From: Camelus dromedarius
Taxonomy: Eukaryota
Direction: 5' to 3'
Assembly: GCF_036321535.1 (NCBI RefSeq)
Contig: NC_087447.1
Location: 50,222,001 to 50,286,000 of the forward strand
DNA length: 64,000 nucleotides
Numbering within the stretch: position 1 is the first letter of the stretch; every line of letters begins with the position of its first letter. Positions 26,593-40,344 of this stretch are shown here, piece after piece. Position numbers and translations under genes: made by a program. Below the pieces are notes generated by a model. The model did not search any database. It saw nothing but the letters and a program-made list of their open reading frames with translations, and was not told the origin of the DNA.

Positions 26593-29496
26593 AAGGAATG
26601 TGGGGTGGCCCCACCCCACCTAGAAAGCTGCCTCACACTTAGGCACCTTCATTTGCTGCTCATCTATTTTCAGCTTCTTTACCACTCCTCCCTCTTCCCT
26701 CCATGTTATGGCCCTCCTGTTCACTCTTTGCTGGACTCGGGCCATCTTCCTTGCTGTTCTCCACACTTTGAAGAACTTTTGGCTGTTGACTTCTGGTCCT
26801 TGCTTGTACTTAATTTTTTTTTAATTTTTTAATTTTTTATTTTATTTTTTTTATTATTTTTTTTTGTTTGTTTAACAAGTTTGGATCTCTTCACTGTCCA
26901 GACCTTAGTTTGTTATGGCTGTCCTCTTCCTTTGTTCTCAATATTCTGCCTCAGGGGATCATACCAATGAAAGGTGGGAGCAGGACCTTTTGGAGTCTCT
27001 GTGCACAGGGAGGCATACTCTTCTGGGAGGACCCAAAAGAAAGCCTACAGTTCCAGCCTGCTCCACAGTCAGGGCCTGAGGTATGGTACAGAAAGCAGTG
27101 GCATGCTGACATAGGGAGCAATGCTAAGAGCAGATGCAGCCCAAATGACTCTGGGAGCCCCCAGAACTCAGGGTTGGCCACCCCTTACTGATCTCACAGA
27201 CCTACCCCGACAGAAGTGCTAGGTTTGTTCATTCTAGTCTTGCACTTTGGACCCCCAAGACTCATTTGGGTGTATCCCCTCTGCTGGAGGGGAAGGATCT
27301 GGCCCCAGAAAATGTAAACCAGGGGATTTGGGCCCAGGCTGTGATGTATGAGGAGAAAGACTAACACCCTAGACCTTGAATTAAGGGAGCTCACTGCCTA
27401 CGTGCTGGTGCCCACACAGCAGCCTGTTTTTGGTAACTCACATCAACATTGTCAGGTGTTTTTCTGAGCACTGACAGTTTTTAGAACACTGCTGAGCATT
27501 GACAGTGTGAGGCTGTGAAATAAGATTACCAAGGGCTGGGTAGACTTCATGGATGATGTGGTTCCTAGACTGGATCCATAAGGAAGGATGAGGCTAGGGG
27601 GCTAGGAAATTAGGGAAGCTTCCCAGGCAGGTGGAACAGTGTGAGGCTGCAAACCTGCCTCAGCAGGAAAATGATGGCACTATTGGCTGAAATAGCAAAA
27701 TCTAAAGAGGAAGATAATGGTGTTGCAGAAGGTGAACAGTTTGGAGTAATTTGCTTCCACTCTTCTGCCGCCAACTCTATGCTAGTAGTTTATAAATTGC
27801 TTCCCCCTGAGTCTGTGGATAGGTTTATAATAACCACTTATTTGATTATCTAATTCTCTCATCAAACCCTCAAAAAGCATTCTCTACTGGTTCAAAATCC
27901 TTTATCTCTCCCTGGCTCTCTGCCAGGATTTATGGAATGAAACTTTTCGCAAGTGGGTTCCAAGTAATACCACATAGACTAGAAACATCTTAGAATGCCT
28001 AATGGAGGGGGGTGTGTGTGTGTTGGGTGGGGGTGGGGGTGGAAGATGGTTAGTAACAGCATTTCGCAGGATTGGCCAATGTCTATGTTTTAACCCAAGG
28101 ATTTTTACATGTAGCAGCTCCTATTTAACTGGTAAGTTAGTAAAAAATATTGGTTGATCATAGAGGCCCAACATTTATTCAGCAAGTTATTCTTAGTTCT
28201 GTTCTTTCACTATCTCTATTGCCTTCAAAAAATTACTAATACCTGTCAGCTTTGATGTTCCCTGAAACCTAGAGCTTATCCCACAAATAGAAGATACTGT
28301 GCAAGAAAACTCAAACCAACAATGGCTCACAGACTTCTGCCTACTTAGCAATTTGTAGATATTTCATCTCAATTCTTACATCTTCCTACATCAGATGAGG
28401 CCCTGGGTTCCCCACTGCTGAAAGCCCTCATGGCTGGCAGCTTTGTGGCTGAACATAATAATCGTCACTCAGCCCGGGGGGAAGCGGAGGGGTAACTGTT
28501 GCAGAATTGTATGCTCCTACGCCTTGAGCAAGTTCCCACAACAGTACCTATAGGCATTATCTCCAATCTTTGATAACACAGAGGCCCTGAAAGAATTTAT
28601 TTCTGGATCTATTCCTGTCCTGTGAACAGAGCTGGAGTGACCCTTCCAAAGATACTAGACCAAGACCATGCTGGAGGGTAGGGTACCAGAAGCAATGTTG
28701 TCCCAGACAGGGTTTGGACACAAAGCAACTGGAAGCAGGTAATCAGAAGGGTGAATTTAAATTGTTCCAAGTAGCCATAATGAAAAAGACTTAGTTTATT
28801 ACCTTAAATCATGCCCTGTGTGGTAGTCAGGTCACACTTCTACCTGAACCCATTATCCATTTTGCTTCCCAGAAAATATTCAATGAGATGATAATACACC
28901 CTAAGAAGCCTCAAGTTTGAGAGAAATTAAAAATACTCATTCAAAGCAGTCCATTCACATGTGGCTGCTCGGAATCTCTCCACCCCAGGTTAGAGCATGA
29001 TCTCCATATGCCCAAACAAGAGAGTTCTGTAACAGTACCCCGTATGTGCCCAACACCCAAATCCATTTTATTTCTGACCCTTTATTTTGCCAGCATCTTG
29101 CTCCCTAGACCTCTAGAGTGTCTAATCCTGTAATCTCAGGGATCTACCCATCATCATGCCTCAGGCCCTTGTCCTTGGCTTTTTCAGATATCACACGGTT
29201 TATTCTTAACTGGTTTGTTCTTGTTCCTCTGTTTCCCTGAGCTTTGTTTTCTAGTTCTAGACCACACTCTCCAATAGCTGCTTTTGGCCACTTGGGTGTG
29301 CTGATCTTGAATTGCCCTTTTGCCTGTGATTTTCCACTCAACTGCAACTCCTCTCCTGGTTTCCGTGTCCCTCTCCCGACTCCCCACTTAGGCCCTATAG
29401 TCTTGACTACGGAAATTGTCTGCTCCATTGCTGGCCCCGGTTGCCTTCCTGTCCTTAAAAAGTAGGGTGGGATAACATAGGGGAATGTGTTCATGT

Positions 29497-29597
29497 TTTT
29501 TATTATTATTATTATTTTTTTAATGGAGGTATTGGGAATCAAACCCAAAACCTCGTGCATGCTAAGCACTCTATCACTGAGCCATACCCACCCCTCC
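29497..29597 (-). mobile_element. tRNA(Ala)-derived SINE, Vic-1-like (camelid)
   Basis: Reverse complement GGGTATGGCTCAGTGATAGAGTGCTTAGCATGCACGAGGTTTTGGGTTTGATTCCCAATACCTCC plus A/AAT tail; A- and B-box-like motifs. Confidence 0.8.
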
Positions 29598-29600
29598 TTG

Positions 29601-29602
<2 letters not shown>

Positions 29603-29662
<60 letters not shown>
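29603..29662. repeat. (TTA)20 microsatellite
   Basis: Perfect run; explains the poly-Asn ORF. Confidence 0.95.
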
Positions 29663-30797
29663 GACACATAGAGAAGGAACAAAAATCTCCCTTTCACCCT
29701 TAGCCACCAGGGACTCCACTCCCCAGAGGTAACCATTATTACTAATTTCTTGAGGCAATTTGGTTACCTCTGGTCCTCAGGAGTCATGAAAGTTTTTCAG
29801 AGATATAATATCCAAATCCCATTCTCCCAGCAACTGTATTTACCCTGGCGGAAGAAGCTCCATCTAACCATAGGAGATGAAGCCTGGCTCCCTGTAGGGC
29901 ATCTGGAGGAGCGCTGGCTCTCTGCAGACCTTTACCATAAATCTCAAGCTCAACACACAGTCAAGGAATCTCTGGCTTTCAGGCTGATCTTCCTCTTCCC
30001 CATTCTGGTTCACAAACCACAGGGAATGTTATATACCACAGCTGGGAGTTCTGGGGGGAATAAGCACCTTCCAGGGCAGATCATCCCATCATTGAGTTTA
30101 TCCAATCCTTTCTCTACCCATTACCCCACCTTCCACCTGTCCCACTGTTAGTGGTCTAAACCAGAATAAAATGTTTACCAATCTTTGATTTCAAAAAACA
30201 TATGGATAGTTCTCCAGTCTTCTGAATTCTGCCCCTGGCTCTGAGTTCTTACTGAAATCTTGTTGTTTGCCAAGAATGTGTACCCGGGGCCTGCTTTCCA
30301 GAGTCTTCCTTTCAGATCCATTTCTTAGAGTTCAGAGTTGCCATTGGAGATGGCTGGATAAATCTGGATGCTAAATGACTTGAGGATGTGTACTAAAGGA
30401 ACAGGGTACTGTTGGGATTGTCACCGTATCACATGTCCTGGTCAGCCAACTTGCTGTTTGCAGACATCATTGCCAGTAAGTCTCATTAGGCTCCTTGGAA
30501 TTGGTCATTATGTCCTATGTGGCTCAGTTAGTAAGAGTCTTTTTGCTGCTGGAATTGTATATGTAACCCTGCGTTCTCCAACTGCTTCTTAGTTGGAGCA
30601 GTCCTCTAAGATTTTACCAAAGTCTCACACCCTATCTGAGGCCGCTTTCTTGTATTTATGTTCTCTAGTCTCTGCCTTATCAGATCCTTGCAAATGCTGT
30701 CCCAGTTGCATCACCCTTCTCCTAGTATTAATAACCAGAGACAAAAAATCTTCGGTGGGAAACTTCAGTATCTCCAAGGACCCACTTGGATTTAGTG

Positions 30798-31107
30798 AAG
30801 AGGTGAGCAAACTTCTTATGTAAAGGAAATGTCTTAGGCAGTATGGGCCATACAGTGTCTGTTATAAGTTCTCAGCATTTTAATGCAAAAGCAGGCATAG
30901 CTAATATGGAAACAGATGAGCATGGCTGTGTCCTAATAAAACTTTGTTTATGAATACTGGGGTTTAAATTTCATATAGTTTTTGCATGTCACAAAATTTT
31001 TTTTCAACTGTTAAAAATATTTTTTGAAAACATTCTTAGCTTGCAGGTCATAGAAAAACAGATGATGGGCCAGATTTTGCCCAAGGACCGTAGTTTGTTG
31101 ACACCTG
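30798..31107 (+). mobile_element. MER58-like hAT-Charlie MITE
   Basis: Degenerate TIRs AAGAGGTGAGCAAACT / AGTTTGTTGACACCTG; 8-bp TSD-like ATTTAGTG / GTCTAGTG. Confidence 0.75.
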
Positions 31108-31573
31108 GTCTAGTGTGTATAAAGTGTGTTTATAAAAATGACAGATGATTGATCCTTTTCCACTGATGACATTTAATGCTAAATTGATCTGGCAGTGTCT
31201 GACAATTTGGTACTATAGAAATTGTAGTATATTAAAGGGAATCCTTATAGGGCCGGGAGAGTGAACTAGAACTAAATGGAAGACTATTTCACCTTGACCA
31301 TATTCTGAGCCACAAAATAAGTTTTGTGCTATTTTTGCCTAAAAATGATATTACATAAGCTACTACCTAAAGTATGCCTTTGTAATATCTCAAAAACAAT
31401 TTTGGCAATAGTGAAAATGATGCCAAGTTACAACCTGTGATAACAGAATGAATTGAAGGTAGTTCCAAAATTGCCTTGACAATGGGCAGCATTTGAGTAA
31501 GTTTGTTATTACCTGTGAAAGTGACTACTATGGAGGTGACGAAACTCATTGATTTATATTTTTTGGATGCTTG

Positions 31574-31738
31574 TATATACATATACATACTATACATGTA
31601 TATATATATATATTTGTATATATATACATATATAGTATGTATATATATATTTGTGTATATATATACACATATATAGTATGTATATATATATTTGTGTATA
31701 TATATACACATATATAGTATGTATATATATATATATAT
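31574..31738. repeat. AT-rich minisatellite, ~41-bp unit x~3
   Basis: TATATATATATTTGTGTATATATATACACATATATAGTATG at 31640-31680 and 31681-31721, plus a variant copy upstream. Confidence 0.9.
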
Positions 31739-34700
31739 TTGCAACTTGTGCCAAACTATGTCCTGTTAGATGTGTTTACTTGTTTTTCTCCTAAAGAGAG
31801 CCATTTTGTGTCACCTTCATTTAAATTGATTTTCCAAAGTTGAAATAGAATCTCAGGATTGAACAGACCTGTACAAGGGTGTTTCATCCAGCCAGTCATG
31901 TGTCCCTTGACTCCAGGAGTGACTGAATCCTACAGCTGCTGAAAAACTGCATCTGAAAGAAGATTCTGTGTTAATTCAGCAAGTTTTTATTGAGTGGCTG
32001 TATGTGCCAGACACTGTCCTGTGTGCTGGGGTATAGCAGGGGACCAAGCAGATACAGACCTTAGATTTGACGGTTTCAAATCTAATTATGTTGCTCCTCA
32101 CTCTTATAAATCTTCAGTTGCATGTGCTCACACTAACTCATTTTTAATTGCGTACCTGGCAATAGATATGACCTTTGCCACAGGCCTCTCTGCTGTGGTC
32201 ATGATGCCTCTCCAACTGCATTAATAATTTAAGGACTATATGTTTCACTTACATTTTATTATCCTTTGGACCAGTCTATATTGGTAGAAAAACACACTGG
32301 CAGTGTTGAAAGTGTAAATTGGCAACAGCTTTCTGAAAAGCAATTTGGCAGTATCTATCAGGACCTTTAAAAATGTTCATATCTTCTGATCCTTTAATTC
32401 TACTTCTGGGACTCTGTCCTAAAGAAATAGTCTAAAATGTGGGCAAAATTTATGCTTAACAATCTAGAAGTCCAACAGTAGAAAATTGATTAAGTAAATC
32501 GCAGTATGACTATACAATATAGGCTGTTATGCAGTCATTATAATTAATGCTTCTGAAGTGTTAAAACAGCATGGCAAAATGCTTATTATAATGTTAAGTG
32601 AAAAGAATGTTATACAGAATTATACACATAAATCCAAAAATATTTCTCTAAAATATTATTGGTTTTATTATCAGAATAAAACAATAGCACCAAAAGTTGG
32701 CAATGGAGAGAATGGGGCCAAACCACTAATTTGGCCCAGAAACAATTAGCTGACTGGGTCAACATGGAGACTGCATGATACTACTATGTTGGTAGCAGGA
32801 ATGGGACAGAAAGGAAAAGGGCCTTCCTGAAAGGAGAGGGCTATGTGACCAGAATCCCTGCAAAAAAAAACTCAAGTGTTATAAGAAGATACCACGCATG
32901 GTATGAGAAGACACCACAGGTGGCATGTTCCTGCTACGTGGTCCTAGGGAGGTAAAGGAGCACGTGTGGTTCAAGTATATTCTGACAAATGGGAAAGGAT
33001 TTGAAATACTCTCCTGGGTAAAATTAACCTTGTTCTTGCATTCTCTCATACAAAATGAATATTCCTGAGATGGATTTTATTGCAACTGACTTTCTGAAGA
33101 ATCCTTGAGCCTTCCATATAATTTCTTTAGGATAGGAATGGCTTTCAATGTACCAAGTCTACCTCCTCCCATAGTGAAACATTCAAACAACATGGTATAC
33201 ACGGGAATACTTGGTATTCCATACTGAGGATGCCACAAGCATATCAGTAGTCACCTTAGTATTGTAACTTGCAAAACTCTTAAGGTTTGCAAATGTTATT
33301 TTGTTGGTGTCCAGAATGACTGTGCTTTTATTTATATCTGAAAAGTAGTCATGTCACGGGATTTTAAAGTGAGAAATGATGTAGATAATGCCTATCTATC
33401 CATAGATGAAATTGTTGTTGGGAAAATGTTTCTTTCACCATTACTTTAGCAAAATGTTTATCATTAAAATGCCAAATATATCTCCTCAGTGGAATTTCAG
33501 ACTTTCCAAGGAGTACACAGGTAAATACATGTTTTACAGGCATGTAGGTTATAGGCTTGTTGAGCTAGAAGAGTCCTTCAAGGTCTGAATCTCTTGGTCT
33601 ATAGAAAGAACAAAAGAGTGAGATTGGGGTTTTAATCCTGCTCCTTAACAAGCCATGTGACTTTGGGCAGTTCATTTGTACCTGTGGAACACTTCAGGTT
33701 ACTCGTCTATGAAAGGGGAATAATAAAACCTGTCTCATGGAGTTGTTCATTTTGTCCTTTCAACAAATGTTTATTGATTGCTTATATGTGGCTGACCTAT
33801 TCTACACACTGAGGATATAACAGTGAACAAGATTTAAAAAAAGTTCTTCTTGAGCTTACATTTAAGTGTGGAAGACAGACAAGAAATAAGACAGATGTAT
33901 GTTAGATAGTGATTATTAGATGTGAGGCTTGCATTAAAATAATGTATATGAGGTGACCAGCACAAACTCTGGCGTGTAGTAAGTATTCAATAGATAGTAA
34001 TTCCCTTTGCTTCTTCAGTCTTCCTAACAGCTCCTGAGTTAGTCTACAGCATGGTAGTGATCAGCAGAAGGCCTGACTCCTTGCCTTCAACTTCTCACCA
34101 GTTAATAAGGCCTAAACCTATTTTGTTTAAGATGACAAAAGTATTCTTACCGGTGTGTTTTGCACTTTCTATATGGCAGATTAATAAAGGCGGTGCCTAA
34201 ACACTGTTGATAAATGGCCTTTTCTGAAGCCAGTTGGCAAAGGCCCCTGCCTGGAGCTAGATGGCATCCAACCACAAGGACAAATGCATGATTTCTTTGC
34301 TGTTTAAGCTGAACAGACCAGGAAACTGTACTGGCTGCTTCTCTTAAAAGATGTGTGACCTGTGTCCTGTTCCAAACACAAGAACTGGGCAAAGTTTGCA
34401 TTATTTCTGGGAGACCAGGGCATTGACTAAAAGCCAGGAAAAAGAGGGTTTAATGCTTGTGGTTGCTATATATTTTTGCCCATTGTAGAAAATTTGGGCA
34501 GTTCAGAAATGTTTAAAGAAGCCAAAAGTTCAGCATTTCACCAGACCCATCTCTCTGCCTCAGCTTCATCCTCCAGAAACATCCAGTGAATAGTCATTTG
34601 CTGAATTCCCTCTTTAGACCATCACAGTTGGGACGATTGTGGGAATGAGAAAGTGGAGCATAAGGAGGCAAAATACACAAAGCAGTGGTAACTGGCCTGC

Positions 34701-36299
34701 TGGCCTGGCCATCCCTCGCTCCTCTTATTAAAAGGGCCCTGAGTTCTGTCCTCAAGGATTCAGTCAGTGCAGTGTTAGCTCACAGAAGAAAGTGGACATG
34801 AGGCTGTAGGCCAGTACCCCTGTACCTTATTTTAAGGACTTAATAAGTGAAAATTCAGAATTACAACCCAGATAGATAAGGAAATGGGCCCAGGGAGGTT
34901 GAGTGAATTTTCTTGAATCACACATCTAAGTGGTGGGAAAGCCAGGATAATAATGAAGGACCTTGAATTTCACTCAGTCCAGTGATTTTTTTTTCCATTA
35001 TTCTGTTGGTAATAATTTCCTTTACTAAATTGTGCATTCTTAAGATAACTTTAAAATAATGGTCACCTTGGCATTTGATAAACATGATTTACCAACAATT
35101 GATTCACATGCAATTTGGAGGGAATGTATTTATGGCAAAGAAGGTGATGCAAAAGTTTTTCCAAGATCCCTGGGGTGCCCAGGCCCCTGGTCCTTCTCCC
35201 AGAGGTGTGTATTCATAAGTAAATGTTGGCATTCTGTCATTCATTTTTTTCCAGATGTTCTTCCCAAGTAGTGTGTTATGTCTTGTGTTTTTAATATTTC
35301 TCGTATACATTTAAAAAAATCTGGGCACATAAATCCTAATAAAGTTCTCAGCTATCTCCTCTATGCTGTCTCAAATTTCTGGGTATGTTTATATTTATGA
35401 CAATGTCTGAAGGTATGAATACTATCACATCATTAGGGCTTATATTACTAAATCCTAGGCTTGTGTTTCTAGATGTTCTGAAAATTCTTTACACTTCACT
35501 TGTAAATGCCACTGTACTGTGCCATGACATTTCCATAGTAACATATATTTCAAACAGGAAAACAGAGGAAGCCCGAGGAAAAGGGATGTAGGTTTCAAAT
35601 AACAACAACAACAAAAATTAAAAATAGAATACATAAGACAAGGAGTGTAAATTCTGGTTTGATGTCCCCTGAGAACAGAATATCTTGCAGACCTGCCTTA
35701 GGGACTGGCAATATCCACCACCCACCAAGTGGCCCAATCTTGGAGTCACACATCCTTTGACCCTCACATCCAGTCAGGTCCATGTCATTCCTCTAACATT
35801 TCTTAATGTCGCCTACTGCAGCCAGCCAGTCACCCACCTGTCACCTCACTGTCCTGAAGTCCACCTACGCTGCTGTGCATGCGCTGTTTAGTTTGGAGTT
35901 TGCTGAAAACTGGAGGCCTTTTGACACCAGCTTTTTGAGCTTGTTCAAGTCACACCCTCTGCCTGGAATCCATTCCTGCTGCCATCCATCTGGCAAACTC
36001 CTACTCAACACTCAAGCCTCAGCCTTACCGTTGCTGCTCTCCATCCCCCACTTCTCAGTAAAGCAGCCCCCAATGTACAATGCCCAGTCTTACATCAAGG
36101 AAGCTAAAACACTTAACTGAACTTAATTGTTTGCAGAATGTTTTTCCTCCCCTACCAAACCATGAACTCAAAAGCCAAGACCTCATCTGATTTCTCTCTC
36201 CATTCCCTCCATTCAGAATAAAGCTTGCCTAGAACTGTTCAATAAATGTTTGATAGATGAATGAAAGAACAGACTTTTATGGAAATTGCTTTTTAAAAT

Positions 36300-37035
36300 C
36301 TGTGATTAAATTCACCAGGTTAACCATTTTAAAGTGGCATTTAGTCTTAGTGGCATTTAGCACATTCACAGTGCTGTGCAACCATTACCTCTCTAGTTCC
36401 AGAACATTTTCATCACTCCAGGAGGAAACTTTGAATCCATCGAGCAGTCACTCTCCATTCATCCCTTACCCCCCAGCCCCTGGCAACCAATCACCTTTCT
36501 GTCTCTCTGAATTTGCCTGTTCTGGACATTTCATATACATGGAATCATGCAATATGTAACCTTTGTGTCTGGCTCCTTTCACTTAGCATAATGTTTTCAA
36601 GGTTCATCCATGTCATAACATGTGTTAGTACTTCATTACCTTTTAGGGCTGAATAATAGTCTATTGTACTGATATACCACAGCTTGTTTATCTGTTCATT
36701 CACTGATGGACATTTAGCTCGTCTCCACTTTTTGACTATTATGAATAGTGCTGCTATGAACATGCATGTACAAGTTTTTGTTTAAACATCTGTTTTTAAT
36801 TCTCTTGAGTATTTACCTAGGAATGGAACTGCTGGGTAATATGGTTTTATATGTTTAACTTATTGAGGAACCACCAGACTATTTTCCACAATGATTGCTC
36901 CATTTTACTTTCCCGCCAACAATGTATGAGGTGAGGATTCCAATTTCTCCACATTGTCTCCAGCACTTTTCTTTTCTTTTCTTTTCTTTTCTTTTTTCAC
37001 CATATCCATCCTAATGAGTATGAAGTGGTATCTTT
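36300..37035 (-). mobile_element. L1MB-type 3' end
   Basis: - strand ORF 36545..36763 (MFIAALFIIVKKWRRAKCPS...WMNLENIMLSERSQ) is the L1 ORF2 C-terminus. Confidence 0.85.
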
Positions 37036-38199
37036 CTGTGGGTTTTTTTTTAATATCATCCATGTCTCCATTTAACAATTTCACTCTTTTCTCTAGCTTC
37101 TTGATCACATGGAATATAGTCATAACTATTTTAATATCCTTATCTGTCCCTTCTACCTATCTTGGTCAGGTTTAATTGACTGATTCTTTTTTCATTATGG
37201 CTCCTTCTACATGGGCCCTTTGGCTTTTTAGAAAGAGCTTTTGGCTATTACTTTTAAGCTTTGTTAGGTGGGACCAGAGCAAACATTAGCCTAGGGCTAA
37301 TTTTGCCCCATTATTGTGGCAAAGCCCATCTGATGTCTTGTGAAATATTCCTTGCCACTCTGAATGTTGGGAACTGTTGGGAACAGGAAGTGGACCTATG
37401 TGACCTCCAAGAATTGTTCCTTCTAATTCTTTTGGATGGTTCTTTTTCTTACCTCAGGTAGTTTCATCACGGACGCTGAAGACTCGAGGGGGGCCCTTAG
37501 CAGATAGCCAGAGCTTCCTTTTTGTGCAGCTTTCTTCTCTTTGACATTCTTCCCCGTGAACTAGTGCCACCTTGACCACCCCAGATTGCTCACTCCATCT
37601 CTTCAACCCGGGGAAACTATTAGGCTCTGCCTGGGTTTACTCTCTTGGTACCATGGCCTGGAAATTCTCTCTAGGAGATAAGCAGGGACAATCACAGAGC
37701 TTACCTCATTTATTTCCTATATCTCAGGGATCACTGTCTTTAGTTGCCTGATATCCAATGTCTTAAAAATCATTGTTTCATATGTTTTGTCCAGATTTTT
37801 AGCCGCTTCAAGAGAGAAGGTAAATCTAATCCCTGTTCATACATCTTGGACAGAAGCAACGGTATAAACATAGGAAATTAATAGAGCTATTGGTTATGAT
37901 TAGCACACAGACATGCATATCATAAGACTTAAAAAGCTAATATCATATAGTTGTTAAGAGTATGAACTCTGGGACAAGACTGCCTGGATTCTGGCTTTCC
38001 ATCTTGCTAGCTGTATATGCTGGGCCAGTTACGTAACCTTTCTGGGCCTCAATTTCCTCATCTTTAAATGGGAATCGTAATGGTCCTATCTCATTGGAAT
38101 GAGATGAGGGTTAAATAGATTAATCAATCTAAAGCATTTTGAACAGTGTGTGGTTCAGAGCAAGCACTCAATAAATATTAGCTATTAGTATTCTGTATA

Positions 38200-38839
38200 C
38201 AGTAGTCCCTCCCTTATTTTCAGGGGATACATTTCATAATGCCAGTGGATGTTTGAAACCAAGGATAAACTGAACCCTATACATACTATGTTTTTTCCTA
38301 TACTACATACTTATGACAAAGTTTAATAAATTAGGCACAGAAAAGATTAACAACAATAACTAATAACAAAATAGGACAATTATAATGATTTACTGTAATA
38401 GAAATTATGCCAGTGTGGTCTTTCTCAAAACATCTTATTGTACTGTACTCACCTCACTTCTTCTTGTGAAGATGTGAGATGGTAAATTTTCTATGTGATG
38501 AGATGAAGTGAGGTGAGTGTCAAACATTGTGATGTATCATTAGGCTACCATTGACCTGATGTATTGATGAGGGTCATCTGCTGCGGGTCAATTGCACCAT
38601 TGAGAACCATGACAATGTTTATGGTTGGATTTCAGGAGCAGACAACGTCAATGGTTGGGGATCATGGATGGGACAGACCAGGCAGCGTGAGGTTTCATCA
38701 TGTTACTCAGAACAGTGAGCAATTTAAAACTTAGGAGTTGTTTATTTCTAGAATCTCCCATGTAGTATTTTCTGACCTTAGCTGACCACAGGTAACTAAA
38801 ACTGTGGAAAGAAAAACAGCGGGTAAGGGGAGACTACTG
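38200..38839 (+). mobile_element. Complete MER44-family Tigger MITE (640 bp)
   Basis: TIRs CAGTAGTCCCTCCCTTA / TAAGGGGAGACTACTG; TA on both sides (38198-38199, 38840-38841). Confidence 0.85.
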
Positions 38840-39829
38840 TACTTTTTATAAGTAGCCAGCAAATTTGGCTGTGAGTTCCCTAGTGACCCTAGCAAAGTGG
38901 AAATATCAGTTACATGATTTAGTGTCCATAAAATATGTATGAACTGGTTGTGAAAGAGAAGTACAGACTTCAGAATATTTCCTCCCAAGTTTCCTCATAA
39001 AGAGGATATTGTATGTGCCTGGAATAATATCCCAGCCAGAGGGAGTTTCCCAGGATTTTGTCTCTACCATCCCTCCAAATAACTGATAGCTTCACATCAG
39101 AGCTCAGTTCAGTGAAAGTGATTCCACTGTGACTGAAATATTGCAGTAACTTTTGCCTGGCTTAAACCGAAGATAAAAATTTATAGTGTCCACGTGGAAC
39201 TACTGAACCACACGCCATTTGGGCAATTCTCCATAAGTATAAGGGAGTCAATTAGGAGCCAATTACAATGGTTCAGGCAAGACAACTAAAGCCTGAGGCA
39301 AAGAACTAGCTCCAGGATGAAAGTGTGTTGCAGGGAACCAGCCCACTGAACAGTGAGAATCCACAAAGCTCAGCAACTGACTCCGCGTATACCTGCAGGG
39401 AGGAGGAACTTCCGAGGCCCAGGAACAAAAGTGTGGAAAGACGGAAAGAAAAATGATCTTCGTGTTGTTCAAATCTTCTATAGCCTTACAAGTATTTTGT
39501 CTTCTTACTCTTAACAGCTGCTGAAGGAGATGTGACGAAATCTCCCACTATGTGGATCTGTCCATTTCTCCTTGTAATTCTGTCTTATATGTTTGGAGGC
39601 AATGTTTCCAGTTGGTACAAACATGTTTTGGGTCATTATATCTTCCTGGTGAACTATCCCGTTTATCATTAAAGCATATGAGTCTATCCTTAGTAATGCT
39701 TTTTGACTTAAAATCTACTCTTCTTGCATTATTTCACTTAGTATTTGTTTAGTATATTTCTCCCATCCTTTTAACATTTCTGTATTATTATCTTTTTTAT
39801 ACTAATTTTTGCTTTCTTTTTAAAATGTG

Positions 39830-39917
39830 TTTATTTATTTATTTAATGGAGGTACTGGGGATTGAACCCAGGACCTTGTGCATGCTAAGCATACACTACC
39901 ACTGAGCTATACCCTCC
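39830..39917 (-). mobile_element. tRNA(Ala)-derived SINE, Vic-1-like
   Basis: Reverse complement GGAGGGTATAGCTCAGTGGTAGTGTATGCTTAGCATGCACAAGGTCCTGGGTTCAATCCCCAGTACCTCC plus (TAAA)n. Confidence 0.85.
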
Positions 39918-40344
39918 TGCCTTGTTTGTTTATTTTTTTTAACCTATTTGCCATGTGTTTTATTGGCTTTATTCTCTCATCCTGCCCTCTTTTAATTGGT
40001 TGTTTTCTTTACTTCCTTTTTAGTCTCACTAGTGGTTTGGAAGTTACACATTCTAATTGTATTCTTTCAGGGGTGTTCTTAGGTTATTAATGTGCATACT
40101 TGACCCAACATTGTTAAGTTAGTCACTATCTCTAGTTCATTGTGAAGATTTCAGGAGCCTTAGAATTCCTTAATTCTAATCTCCACCTCCTATCTTCCAA
40201 GTAATTTGGCTTTTAGTATTTTAGTTCCAACTTACTTTTAACCACTCACCCCCTTTTATTAGACATTTTAACAGCCAGTATTTATTTAGATTTACAAACC
40301 TGCACACCAACTTCTTTGTCAACCCTTCTTTAGTCCTTTCTTTT

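Larger units (their letters stand above)
28500..30797 (-). mobile_element. Possible highly decayed Ty3/Gypsy internal region (PNMA-like gag, zinc-knuckle remnant, protease-like)
   Basis: Degenerate motifs in gag-knuckle-protease order on the - strand; see findings. Confidence 0.35.

Noticed and set aside
27655..27690. TCAGCAGGAAAATGATGGCA resembling mariner SAGKVMA as a continuation of GVQW3
   Set aside because: Needs a frameshift, lacks the following VFWD, and lies in L2-like sequence; probably chance
26593..30170. GVQW3 polyadenylation site
   Set aside because: No AATAAA close to the stop; ATTAAA at 28926 and AATAAA at 30165 cannot be ranked from sequence alone
39845..39917. tRNA-Ala gene (also at 29525-29597 and 44260-44335)
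   Set aside because: Acceptor stem does not pair, AT-rich tails present, several diverged copies: these are SINEs
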